A DNA stretch of 64,000 nucleotides from Macrostomum lignano (Eukaryota), in NCBI GenBank assembly GCA_002269645.1, contig NIVC01000423.1, positions 124,001 through 188,000 of the forward strand, read 5' to 3'. This document shows positions 13,491 through 24,587 of this stretch, piece by piece. Under the pieces are notes generated by a model that saw only the letters and a list, made by a program, of their open reading frames with translations, did no database searches and was not told where the DNA came from. A program made the translations under genes and the position numbers. Position 1 is the stretch's first letter, and every line of letters begins with the position of its first letter.

Positions 13491-15500
13491 CTGTTTCGGT
13501 TTCTAAGAGCGCCATTTCAACATTTATAATTTATTCGCTTGGCCTACCACTTCGTGAGATCTCGCACTCTCGCAATCGAAGCTCGTGCGTCTTCACCAAT
13601 CCTTGACAAAGTCTAAAAAAGTGACCAGAAAATTTCCACAGCTACAACTAGAATAAACTTTCGTTTGTTTATAGTTCGCGGACACCTTTCGTTCGGCACA
13701 GTGGGACAAAAACACCTTTGCATAAATAGTTCCTCAGGCCTGCTCTGTTGTAGCCGAATATCAGGGAAGAAGTGATTGCTTCCTCATTCGCAGCAGCCTC
13801 TTTGAACTTAATCTTAGCCGGCCATCTATCTTTCTGCGTGTCTCCAGCGGGGCAGTATTTTTTGCTTGCCTTGCTTGTCTTTTTCTGTCTCACAACTTGA
13901 CAGTGGCTCCGTCTTTGTTTGCATGTTTGTGTATAATATACCCAGCAATCATAGCTAAAGCATTTGGTTGCCTGGCTGCATTATACAAGACCGCACGCAC
14001 CCACATCCAGGTGATCAGTTTAGTTAGCTGCTGATTGAACGCGTTGACTAAAGTCAGTTATAAGCTAACCCAGTAAGTTACGGTGCAGCTGAGGTTGGGG
14101 GGGGGCAGGCATTGGCAACTATCAAGTCACATGATACCGCCAGTAGTCTGTGCGCCACACAACCCGATGCGTTGAAAGCAGCACTCAGTGCGTAAACAAA
14201 TTTTGGTATCGTTGTAGGTTAAGGTCTGGCAGGCTCTTTTTTCGGCAGAAATTGCCCTTTGGTAAGAGGGATTTGAGGAAGGCACAACGGCTCTGGAATG
14301 TCGGAAGAGACGTATCAGTATAATTCTTGTAAGTTTCAATGCAGCGATTGCAGCCTACCAACCCCTTCCACTCTTGTCCTCCGGTGTTTATCACTGTTTA
14401 TTCATTCCTTGGTCATCAAAACTGGTTGGGTAGCAAGCGATGATGAGTTGCTATGATCGGAGAATCTGAAACTCTTTTAATGCGATTCTTCCTACATCTG
14501 GCGCTGGGTTTACTTCGGGTCGTAACTTGGCCCCCGCCCCTCCGCCCCTTGTCGAGTTTCCGGGGCGGAACTGCACTGAAGCGATCGTCATTCGTCGAAG
14601 CGTTTAAAAAATTTTCTGGGGAGACGTGAAAATTTGCCAGCTTGAGGAGGGCAAAATTGGCTCTTTTGGAAATTCTTTTCGCCTGCAATCTGAGGATTGC
14701 GCAGTAAAACATAGAAGAGAGGATTTCAAGTTTATATCCGGTTGAATGCGGTCCTGAACCGCTTTGTAAACGACAGAAATACGCCTGCAGCAGTGATGTC
14801 AGTTTTTTTTGCTTTCAACCATGCAGCGCTTGCTTTTCTGCTTTCTAGTTAATTTGCACTGAAATGCATAGCTATATACAAAATTTTTGCGTTCGGGGCA
14901 TTGTCGGCTGATTTTCCATGCAAGAATGGCATTCTTGCACTCTTTTGCGTGCAGGAATGGATGTCTATGGTAAAATCTCACTGAAAAAGCATTAGACGCA
15001 GAATGCATTCCTGCACGGTTTTGTGCATTCCTGCACGATGAATCTTCCGACAATGGAATTCCTTCACGTTCACTCGTGCGTGAAGGACATCGTGCACTCG
15101 TGCGCTAGCGCGCACTCGTGCAGATGTCATTCCCGCACTCGTGACCGTGCAGGAATATATCATTCGTCAATGGTTTGACGAATGGTTTCGCTCAACAAAT
15201 TGTGTGTTGACTATTAAAAACTTTAGCAATACACATCAACTGAGTCTTGCGAAGCGCGCATATTCGCACCAGCACATAACGCTGTATAAAGCGACTGGTT
15301 CGTAACGCAACATTGCGTAACGCTCGCTGAGACCCCAAACAGCCACTGACTGTAGTTCTGTATTCTAAGTATCCGTTGCTAAATCTTCAAATCTTTTTGA
15401 TTACTTTGCATCAAAGTAAAACAAATCTCCAAGAAAAGGTTGACTCTCAATTTCGATAAACTCTCTTAAACAATTGTTCCATACGTCAATTTGCCTTCAG

Positions 15501-15655
15501 ACCACCACGCTGACACCGATCCACCTGCGCAAAGCGAAGCTGCTGTTCTTTTACAATCGCTATCCCAGCTCGGCCGTGCTGAAGGCCTACTTCCCGGACG
15601 TGAAGTTCAACAAGAACAACACCGCACAATTAGTAAAGTGGTTTTCAAACTTTCG
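15501..15655 (+). CDS. pros: prospero exon 3, atypical homeodomain ([22 protein letters not shown]...LVKWFSNFR)
   Basis: Near identity to the recalled Drosophila Pros homeodomain; acceptor ttgccttcag, donor gtaagt at 15656 (phase 2). Confidence 0.97.
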
Positions 15656-17721
15656 GTAAGTATATAATTAAGTATTTGTACGCTCTACTGTGTCAAATGA
15701 TGTTCGTTGAATTTACTCGTATGCACGGTTTAAGCTTCACTCCGACTCTCCTTTCGGGATGGGGAGGGGGGAGAATTTCCTCAAAAACATATTCCCAACG
15801 GATCCTGGGGGAGAGCGACAGCTTCCGCTGCTGGCAAAATATGCGGTAATTAGGTTTTAGACGGCTAATTCGTCACAGATCAAAGCCTCTGCGATATTAA
15901 TGCGCATTGAAATCATTATTATGCGCAAAGAGACTGCTGCATGGGACTTCAGAAAGCGGCCCGCTGATAGCTTCGATCTTTGGAGGCAGAATTTCTGACG
16001 AGCGCTGGCCCGTTGTAGAATTTAGAAAGCCCAAGCGGGGTTATAATGGAGTTTTTTCTCGCTTGCCGAGTTGTCTTAAGTGACCCGCACCGACTATTAC
16101 TGCCTGAACGGGAGCGGAGAAAATTAAGTTACTCAAACTGCGGGAGCGTTTTAATTTGAATGCCAACCTCCTATGAGAGGCTAGGACAGAACCGACGGCA
16201 AGGAGTCCCTCTTGGGAGATGCTTCTCTTCTACTATTAAAAATCGTCGGTGCAATCATCATTGACAGCTGAAATTATGAATTCTGCGCGTGGAAAATCTT
16301 CGTTCCCGCAAACATCGGCTGACCTCCATGAACAGCGGGTGGTCCATCCATTTTTTACACTCGCAAAGTTTTTGGCGCGTCTTTTGAAAAATAAATTCTA
16401 CTATCTAGGACAACCCATTTTGGCCTGTTAATGTTTACACAAGAGGCAACAGCGCTTGAAATGAAAAGCCTGCAAGGTTGACATCTTGATCTCTGTTTGG
16501 CACACTATACAGCTGGTGACGTCTTTGTCGCCTTTTTGAATTCTTAGAGAGCCTCGGTGTCGATGGGATGGATTTAAAAGGAAAACGCGGGCTGTAAATC
16601 CACCCGGCAGACGTCACTTCCCCGAAGAAGATTTAGAGACTAGAGAGACATGTCAAAAGCCTCAAGGCTGCGAGAAATCCACCGCCCGGGAGCACCGCGA
16701 CCCAGCTGTAGCACCCCAACGAATTGATCGAACGATCTTCTGCTAGCCCTCTAATTTTCTTTCCCGCCGACATACACGGAATACACGAGAGGGAAAAAGG
16801 GGAGCTTTGCATGGAAATCCGAAATCCCCGACGCGCATGGCTGTTGACCCTGGCCCTTGCGTATATATTGAGAAAAGCTGACAGGAGAAGACGACACGCC
16901 CCGGGGGGGGGGGGCGGCTGAAACTCTGGTGGCGGTCCTTTTTAAAGAGACGAGAAGAAGAGTGGAAGAGGATGGATAGACAGAGATAGCCAGGAGCAGA
17001 GTAGATAAGGCCTGATGTCGCGTGATTCCCGGATTAACTTGTCAACTTTCTAAAAGCGACACCCTTCAAGGAAACCTTTTCCGCCTCCTGCGCGCCGGAG
17101 CAGTCTCTGACGGACTTTCACTCGGACCCGTCTCTCTTCTCCATTTTGTCTTATACTGCTCACTTGTTTTTGTAGGGTGGGGCGGGCCAGATTCTCAATT
17201 AATCCGCGGCTGGACTGTAATAGAAATGGAATTTTGTTTGGCATTCCCCCAGGGGAGTTAGGCCATCTTGTCAACTGTAGTTTGAAGAGGCTCGACGCTG
17301 ATTTCAATGATCCTTCTCAAAGTAAAATGCCCCAGAGAGAGAGCACATCCCGGGGAGAATCAGAACCCCAAGCAACTTTATTTCACGTATCGGCTAGCTA
17401 GTCCGTGGTCTCAAAATTTAAATCTTGAGTATGATTATCGACGAGAAAAAAAGGAACCCATCGAAGATGGACGCCTGAGTATCCAAATTAATAGGCAGAC
17501 TGTGAGAAACAGTTCTCACACGCTCTCACGGGGTGTACGGCTGCCCTGACACCGATCATCTTCAGGCAGGGCACACAGCCTGTGCCTTGGGGGGTTAGTG
17601 CTAACAGGTGTGAATCAGACAACAAACCCCCATTGCAAGCTGGGAATCAAACCCGGGGAAATTATTGGAATGTGAAACTATAACAAAATTCTTCTCCCAT
17701 CCGCGTCCCCGTTTTCCACAG

Positions 17722-17866
17722 CGAGTTTTTCTACATTCAAATGGAGAAATACGCTCGACAGGCAATCGTTGAGGGCGTCAGATCGGCCGAGAGAATCACT
17801 GTGACGGCCGACTCGGAGATCTATCGAGTGCTCAATCTGCACTACAACAGGAACAACCAGATCGAG
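17722..17866 (+). CDS. pros: prospero exon 4 ([14 protein letters not shown]...[10 protein letters not shown])
   Basis: Prospero domain sequence; acceptor ttttccacag, donor gtgagt. Confidence 0.97.
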
Positions 17867-18038
17867 GTGAGTCCAAGTGAAACAACTGTTACAAATGCAT
17901 GGCTTTGGCTTTGCTTTAGTCCAAGAGGAACTGGTCAGAAGTTACCGGGACTCCACTGACTGGGACTCCACTGACCGGGACTACCTGCACATCCAGTGAC
18001 ACTCCAACTTAGATAAAACTCGTTCTTGTAATTTTCAG

Positions 18039-18224
18039 GTGCCGTCCCATTTTCGCACAGTCATTGAGGCTACGCTGCGCGAGTTTTTCAAAGCCCTGTC
18101 AGCCAACAAAGACCAGGAGCAGTCGTGGAAAAAGCCAATCTACAAGGTGATCGCTCGCATGGACCAACAGGTGCCAGAGTTCTTTAAGTCACACAACTGG
18201 ATGGAGAGGCTGACTGACCTGTAA
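18039..18224 (+). CDS. pros: prospero exon 5, end of Prospero domain (VPSHFR...SWKKPIYKVI...ERLTDL*)
   Basis: Acceptor attttcag; conserved SWKK-IYK motif; TAA stop. Confidence 0.97.
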   Translation: MPSHFRTVIEATLREFFKALSANKDQEQSWKKPIYKVIARMDQQVPEFFKSHNWMERLTDL

Positions 18225-18889
18225 TTTAAACAAATAGTTTTAAGAATTTCACACCGCATAACCTGTTGTGCACGAAAATTGTAGGTATAATATGTTTTTA
18301 CATTAAACAAAGTTTCATGAAAGACAACAAATTAAATAAGAATAGACTGTTTTGTTTCATATTGTCGACTACTTACTGTTGTAGTTGTAATGTATCGGTT
18401 TTATTTTTATCTTCCTGTTAGACATTTACAATCTTTTCATTTGCTCTCTTTCTGTCTGTCTCTGCCTGCCCGCCCTATTTCTACCTGCCTACCTCTATGT
18501 GGTTCGCTGACTGTCCTGTCCTGTGTAAATTTCTAATGTTCTATTCATTCTCCAACTGTAAGCTTCACCCAATTAGCTTGTCCAGGTACCGTTCTTTTAC
18601 AGTGTTATAGTTTTATCATGCCGTTTCTTCACTTGTACTTAATGAAAACATTTGTTTTGTTAAACTAGTCACACTTTTGGAGCTTAAAAAAGCGTACACT
18701 GCACATAGTTACGCCAGACATTGAAACTATACTCTCAGCGTAAAAAATAAAAATAATGCAATTTTTTATTGTAATTTTCTTGGGCTTCATTGATGCAGAC
18801 ATCTGTCTAAATCAGGTCTTTTGTATTGCATATTTGATTGAGTTCTATAGCTCACAACACCAAAAATAAAGCTCCATGGCCAGCACCGA

Positions 18890-20120
18890 CACATACATTT
18901 AAGGCTCCCCCATCACCGATAATGCTCGTCAATCACCGACACATTAAGCCCCCATCACCGACACATAAGGTTACTCCATCACCGACACATAAGGCTTCCC
19001 CATCACCGACACATAGAGCTCCTATCACCGACACATAAGGCTCTCTTATCACCGACACATAAGGCTCTCCCATCACCGACACATTAAGCTCCCATTACCG
19101 ACACATAAGGCTCTCATCATCGACACATAAGGCTCCCATCACCGACACATAAGGCTCTCATCATCGACACATAAGGCTCCCCATCACCGACACATAAGGC
19201 TCTCCCATCACCGACACATTAAGCTCCCATTACCGACACATAAGGCTCTCATCATCGACACATACGGCTCCCATCACCGACACATAAGGCTCTCATCATC
19301 GACACATAAGGCTCCCCATCACCGACACATAAGGCTCTCCCATCACCGACACATTAAGCTCCCATTACCGACACATAAGGCTCTCATCATCGACACATAA
19401 GGCTCCCATCACCGACACATAAGGCTCTCATCATCGACACATAAGGCTCCCATCACCGACACATAAGGCTCTCATCATCGACACATAAGGCTCCCCATCA
19501 CCGACACATAAGGCTCTCCCATCACCGACACATTTAGCTCCCATCACCGACACATTAAGCTCCCATTACCGACACATAAGGCTCTCATCATCGACACATA
19601 AGGCTCCCATTACCGACACATAAGGCTCTCATCATCGACACATAAGGCTCCCATCACCGACACATAAGGCTCTCATCATCGACACATAAGGCTCCCCATC
19701 ACCGACACATAAGGCTCTCCCATCACCGACACATTTAGCTCCCATTACCGACACATAAGGCTCTCCCATCACCGACACATTAAGCTCCCATTACCGACAC
19801 ATAAGGCTATCATCATCGACACATAAGGCTCCCATCACCGACACATAAGGCTCTCATCATCGACACATAAGGCTCCCATCACCGACACATAAGGCTCTCA
19901 TCATCGACACATAAGGCTCCCCATCACCGACACATAAGGCTCTCCCATCACCGACACATTTAGCTCCCATTACCGACACATAAGGCTCCCCCATCACCGA
20001 CACATAAGGCTCTCATCATCGACACATAAGGCTCCCCATCACCGACACATAAGGCTCTCCCATCACCGACACATTTAGCTCCCATTACCGACACATAAGG
20101 CTCCCCCATCACCGACACAT
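18890..20120. repeat. 20-23 bp minisatellite (ccatcaccgacacataaggctc) with recurring variant order
   Basis: Direct reading; lies downstream of prospero. Confidence 0.97.
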
Positions 20121-21434
20121 TATACGAGCGTATTTGTCGCCAATATTTGGCCTCTTGGTGGGCGCCCCTGTCTCTTGGTCGACGAAATTTTTGCGGAGAC
20201 GCTTTTTGTGGGGTTGATAGAGGGCCTTCTGCAGCCAAAACTCCCGGAAAACTTCATTCCTATGTAATTTAATGTAATGTAATGTAATGTGTACGTAATT
20301 TTAACAGTCTCCCTACCTACGTAACGCACAGAAGTCAATTTATCGACCAATGTCAGGTCTTCAATGAAATTCAAGTGCGTGCACAAAGTTGACAAGTCCT
20401 TGACTTCTGATTTGCGGTAAAAAAACATAATTCCAAAAGTTGATCAAAACATCGATCCGAAGTGCTAATTTTGATCCTACACAACAGCTGAAACCAATAA
20501 ATTTCTATGCATTCACCTGGCTGCTCAATTCTCTTAATTGATTTCAACACAACGCATCAAAGAAATTAAGGAAAATTTAATCTTCAGTCACTTCCAGTTT
20601 GAACAGCTTAATTAAATTGCTGCGAGTATTTGCTATAGTTATAGAGGGCTAGGTGCGCGCCTCCTGAGAACTGTTCTTATCAGTTTTTGTGCCCAATTGC
20701 ATGGCCAATGGAAAAATGGCGCGCGCGTAAAACCATTTATAGCGGACGGAGCCTTTGAAGTGGATCAATTAGCGAGAAAGTGTCGCGTGAGAATTCGGCG
20801 GAATTTGTTCTACCCAAATATTTTTTCGTCAATTATGGTACCCCGAGAATAATTTTAACAATGGGGGCTAGAGATGGATGCTTAAGGTTTACTCTGAGCC
20901 CACCAGCAGCTCTCAGACAATTAATTGTGCAGAGCAGCCTTGATTCTGTAACAATGGGGCAATAACACTGTAGTAGCTAGCGATTGTTGTATTGCGCCTC
21001 TGATTTGCTGCTCTTTTTTCGTCAAGAGCTTCTTCATTCCCTCGGGGAAACGAGGGATTGTTTGATTTCCCTTGAGTCTTTAATAACTGAGTGAAGAGCA
21101 CTGCCAGAAAACGGCGGATGTGAATCTACTCATGTGATTATTATTTCATTGTACTGATCAAGGTCTTGAAGTTCGGCTATGCAGTTTTAACAATTTGAGA
21201 ATTAACAACTTTGCGACAAAACATTGCAGTATGCACTTACATGAATAATGAAAGTCTGTTAAATTTATGGATTAATATCGAAATACACTTGTACTGATAA
21301 AAGCTTAAAGCTTTACTAACAATAGTGTAGTGTCGATATACAGTATGTTTGTTTGTTTACCGCTTGACGGCGTACAAATTGTACACAAGGACCACATACA
21401 TGTATTAGCTTACATACAGGTACATGCAGTGGTC

Positions 21435-22942
21435 TGTGGCGCCCAGAGACAGACGCATCATTTGTCTATGGCCACATCTGATTTTTACGCCTCTCGTTAC
21501 AATTGAGGAGCCCACGGACTGGAGCGCACTTTTCCTTTTCTTACTGCATGGCACCGCGATCGCGAGCCACCAAATTGGTGAGCCCGACTCCCGCCGCCGC
21601 TTGCGGTGGGTCAAACCCTGCAGATACGGCCCGCAGCACAGAGGAAATCAGCGCCCATCAGAGCATACGGCCATCCACTGCCAGCTGCGACCCTTTGAGC
21701 ACCGCTGCAGCCTCCATCTGGCTTTCAACGCTGGCGCTGCCACCACCAGCTCCACGACGCACACGCCGGGCCACTGCGGGTCCAGCGTTTCTGCCCGGCA
21801 ATTGCTTTCGCCTCCGTCACGGCCGTGTAGCCGATTGCTCGGCCACAGACTCGCGTGCGACCGCCACCGCCCAGTTGGTCCGTCCTTACGCTCGTAGTAG
21901 TGCACATGGACAACTGTAGTGCAGTGGGCATAAGATCTCCGCAAGGCACTGACATTGCATACTCTGCCATCATAGCCGTGCGCGACCGCTATCGCTCGCC
22001 TCCTTGGCATGCAGTTGCACCGGACAACGGTTTTTCACCCGCAAGCGAACGGTTTAGTGGAGAGATTTCACCTGCAGCTCAAGGCTTCATTGATGGCGCA
22101 CTTGACAGGACCAGCCTGGGGGTCAGCGAGTTGCCCTGGGTGTTGCTAGGGATCCGCTCAGTTCCCAAGGAGGACCTGCCGGCCTCATAGGCTGAGCTGG
22201 TGTACGGGGCGCCGCTCAGTGTGCCTGGAGAGTGCCTGCTGCGTAGCACCACCGTAGCTGGCAGCCAAGACCAGTTCCTGGCTCAGTTGCGCACAGCCGT
22301 GCAAGTTTTTCGGCCGGTGCCCACGTCGCACAATGTCAAACGATCATATCATCCGCCTGGCCCTTAGCCCTCGAAACCTGAAAATTTGTTTTTTGTGCGA
22401 CGGGACGGCTACCACTCTCTACTCCAGAGGCCATACAATGGGCCGGGCCATTCAGAGTCATCAGAGGGAGGCCAAGACTTTCCTGTTAGACCTGGGCACC
22501 CGGCGCGATCGGGTCCGAGCGTTGACAGGTTAAAGCCGGCCGGCCATTCTCGACACCACCGACTCTGTTCCACAGCCGGCTTTCTGCCCACGGGGTCACC
22601 CCCGGTGCGTGTCTGCCACACCACCAGCGCAACCTGCATGCTAGTCCACTCGGCACCAAGCAGCCACCAGTGCAGCCAGCCAGTGTTCCCAGTCGCCGTC
22701 AGCCACATCGGCAGTGCCGACCGGCGCATTTCGGCATGTAGCTTGACGCTGGGGGGGGGAGCTGTGTGGCGGCCAGAGACAGACCAAGGAGTTCTATAAT
22801 TAACAACGCATCAGTTGTCTATGGCCACATCTGATTTTTACGCCTCTCGTTACAGTTGAGGAGCCCACGGGCTGAGAGAAATAAGAAATATACGAGCGCA
22901 CTTTTCCTTTTCTTTCTGGCACCGCGATCGCGAGCCACCACA
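21435..22942 (+). mobile_element. Miniature, internally deleted Ty3/gypsy LTR element (element C)
   Basis: Short direct repeats 21435-~21574 and 22765-22942; 4-bp TSD GGTC; PBS-like TGGTGAGCCCG at 21576; G-rich PPT 22750-22761; integrase C-terminal remnants LPWVLLGIRSVPKEDL, ELVYG, LQRPYNGP and VDRLKPA. Confidence 0.85.
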
Positions 22943-23825
22943 GGTCCTAGATTGTACATACATGAGCCACTGCATGTTGAGCCCTGGGTTTTTGCCCGCA
23001 CGACCTGGCCCATATTTTGTATTTGGACACAAACACCCAAATTAAGAGACATGACCACTGACTTTGATCGGTTCCCCATGCCCATGCAGGTTAGACAGTT
23101 TACAGAGGGGATGCAGTGAATCAGTTGAGTTTAAACGTAATTCATTTATAGTCATCCTTGGCAGCTGGTACTAATGCACCCGTAGAAACACCCATTTTGG
23201 AGGGCTACTTTAGCAGTCTGACTATAAATACCTAAAAAGTTTGAAGTATACATGCACTTTGTACAGTGCTGCAGATTGCATGCTATAAGCTAGTATACTC
23301 TGATCGTGCTGCTACCACTTAATTGGTTTCGGATGTATCTGTAGGCCTATAATTGTGATACTTTATATGGACTGATGAAATTACATGTACATATTCAAAT
23401 TTTAGCTAAATGGACGTTCGATCTTCATGAGTTTGTTCGATCATGCCGTCTTCATTCATTCATAATTCCATGTAATCGAATTCATTCTTTCAAAGCAGAT
23501 CCTTAATCGTATCGTCGCTTTACAGTCAATGTACAACCATGCACGTACATGTACATTTACACCAATCTATTTTAATTTAATCTCGTATTTTTACTCTTAT
23601 TTATTTAAGCAAAATTACACTTGGAAAATGAAGGGACGGATTTCCTTTTCTCTCGTCATACGAGTCTTACTGATATGTACAGTTACTGTTCATAAATATA
23701 TTTTTTATTTACGCACTATTTACTCTTTTAATAAGTATCCCTTCAGGTAAAAGTTGTGGTAAGGTTGTCGTATACGCCACGAACTTGTTTAAATTTTAAC
23801 ACACGGACGAATTGCAACTTCTTTT

Positions 23826-24587
23826 GGGTCTCCCTAAAACACGCCCCGCACCGCCCTGCAGCGCGACACATTAAAGCAAATTGGACTATAACTGAAGACA
23901 CTTCAAAATGCGTTTTCTGTTAAGCTTCAAAGTTTTTATTAAATTAAGTTTTTTACTATGAAATATAAAATTCGGTGAATAATAAGTGATATTATTAATA
24001 ATATTAATGAAAAATAATAATTTAATAATGAAAACAAGAATATAAAAAATAATAACAATGTTTATAATATTAATTAAAGATATTTATTCCATTACTTGTA
24101 CAACAAATAGTTTTCTTTGCAATCAAATACTGCGTTGACAAAAAATGTTATAATGTGTAGCGGTTCGGGGCGGGGCGGTGCGTGTTGGGTCTCCCTAAAA
24201 CACGCCCCGCACCGCCCCGAACCGCTACACATTATAACATTTTTTGTCAATGCAGTATTTGATTGCAAAGAAAACTATTTGTTGTAAGAGTAATGGAATA
24301 AATATCTTTAATTATTATTATAAATATTGTCATAATTTTTTATATTCTCGTTTTCATTATTAAATTATATTATTATTATTTTATTAATATTATTATTAAT
24401 ATCACTTATTATTCACCGAATTTTATATTTCAAATTAAAGAAACTAAATTTAATAAAAACTTTAAAGCTTAACAGAAAACGCATTTTTTAGTGTCTTCAG
24501 TTATAGTCCAATTTGTTTTAATGTGTAGCGCTGCAGGGCGGTGCGGGGCGTGTTTTAGGGAGACCCGTGCGTGTTTTAGGGAGACCC
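23826..24587. mobile_element. Nested pair of ~380-bp MITEs (GGGTCTCCCTAAAACAC TIRs, Merlin-like) forming a long palindrome
   Basis: Outer 8-bp TSD cttctttt (23818-23825 and 24588-24595); inner copy 24187-24566 flanked by 9-bp TSD gtgcgtgtt (24178-24186 and 24567-24575). The Merlin call rests on GG-starting TIRs and 8-9 bp TSDs. Confidence 0.85.

Noticed and set aside
11520-15200. Short ORFs in prospero intron 2 (11864-12645 and 13669-15163) as a nested gene or transposase
   Set aside because: No recognisable motif, TIR or consistent splice chain; a database search would be needed.
10410-20120. Regular 21-25 bp repeats as possible CRISPR arrays
   Set aside because: Units are head-to-tail with no unique spacers, no cas genes, and the context is eukaryotic.
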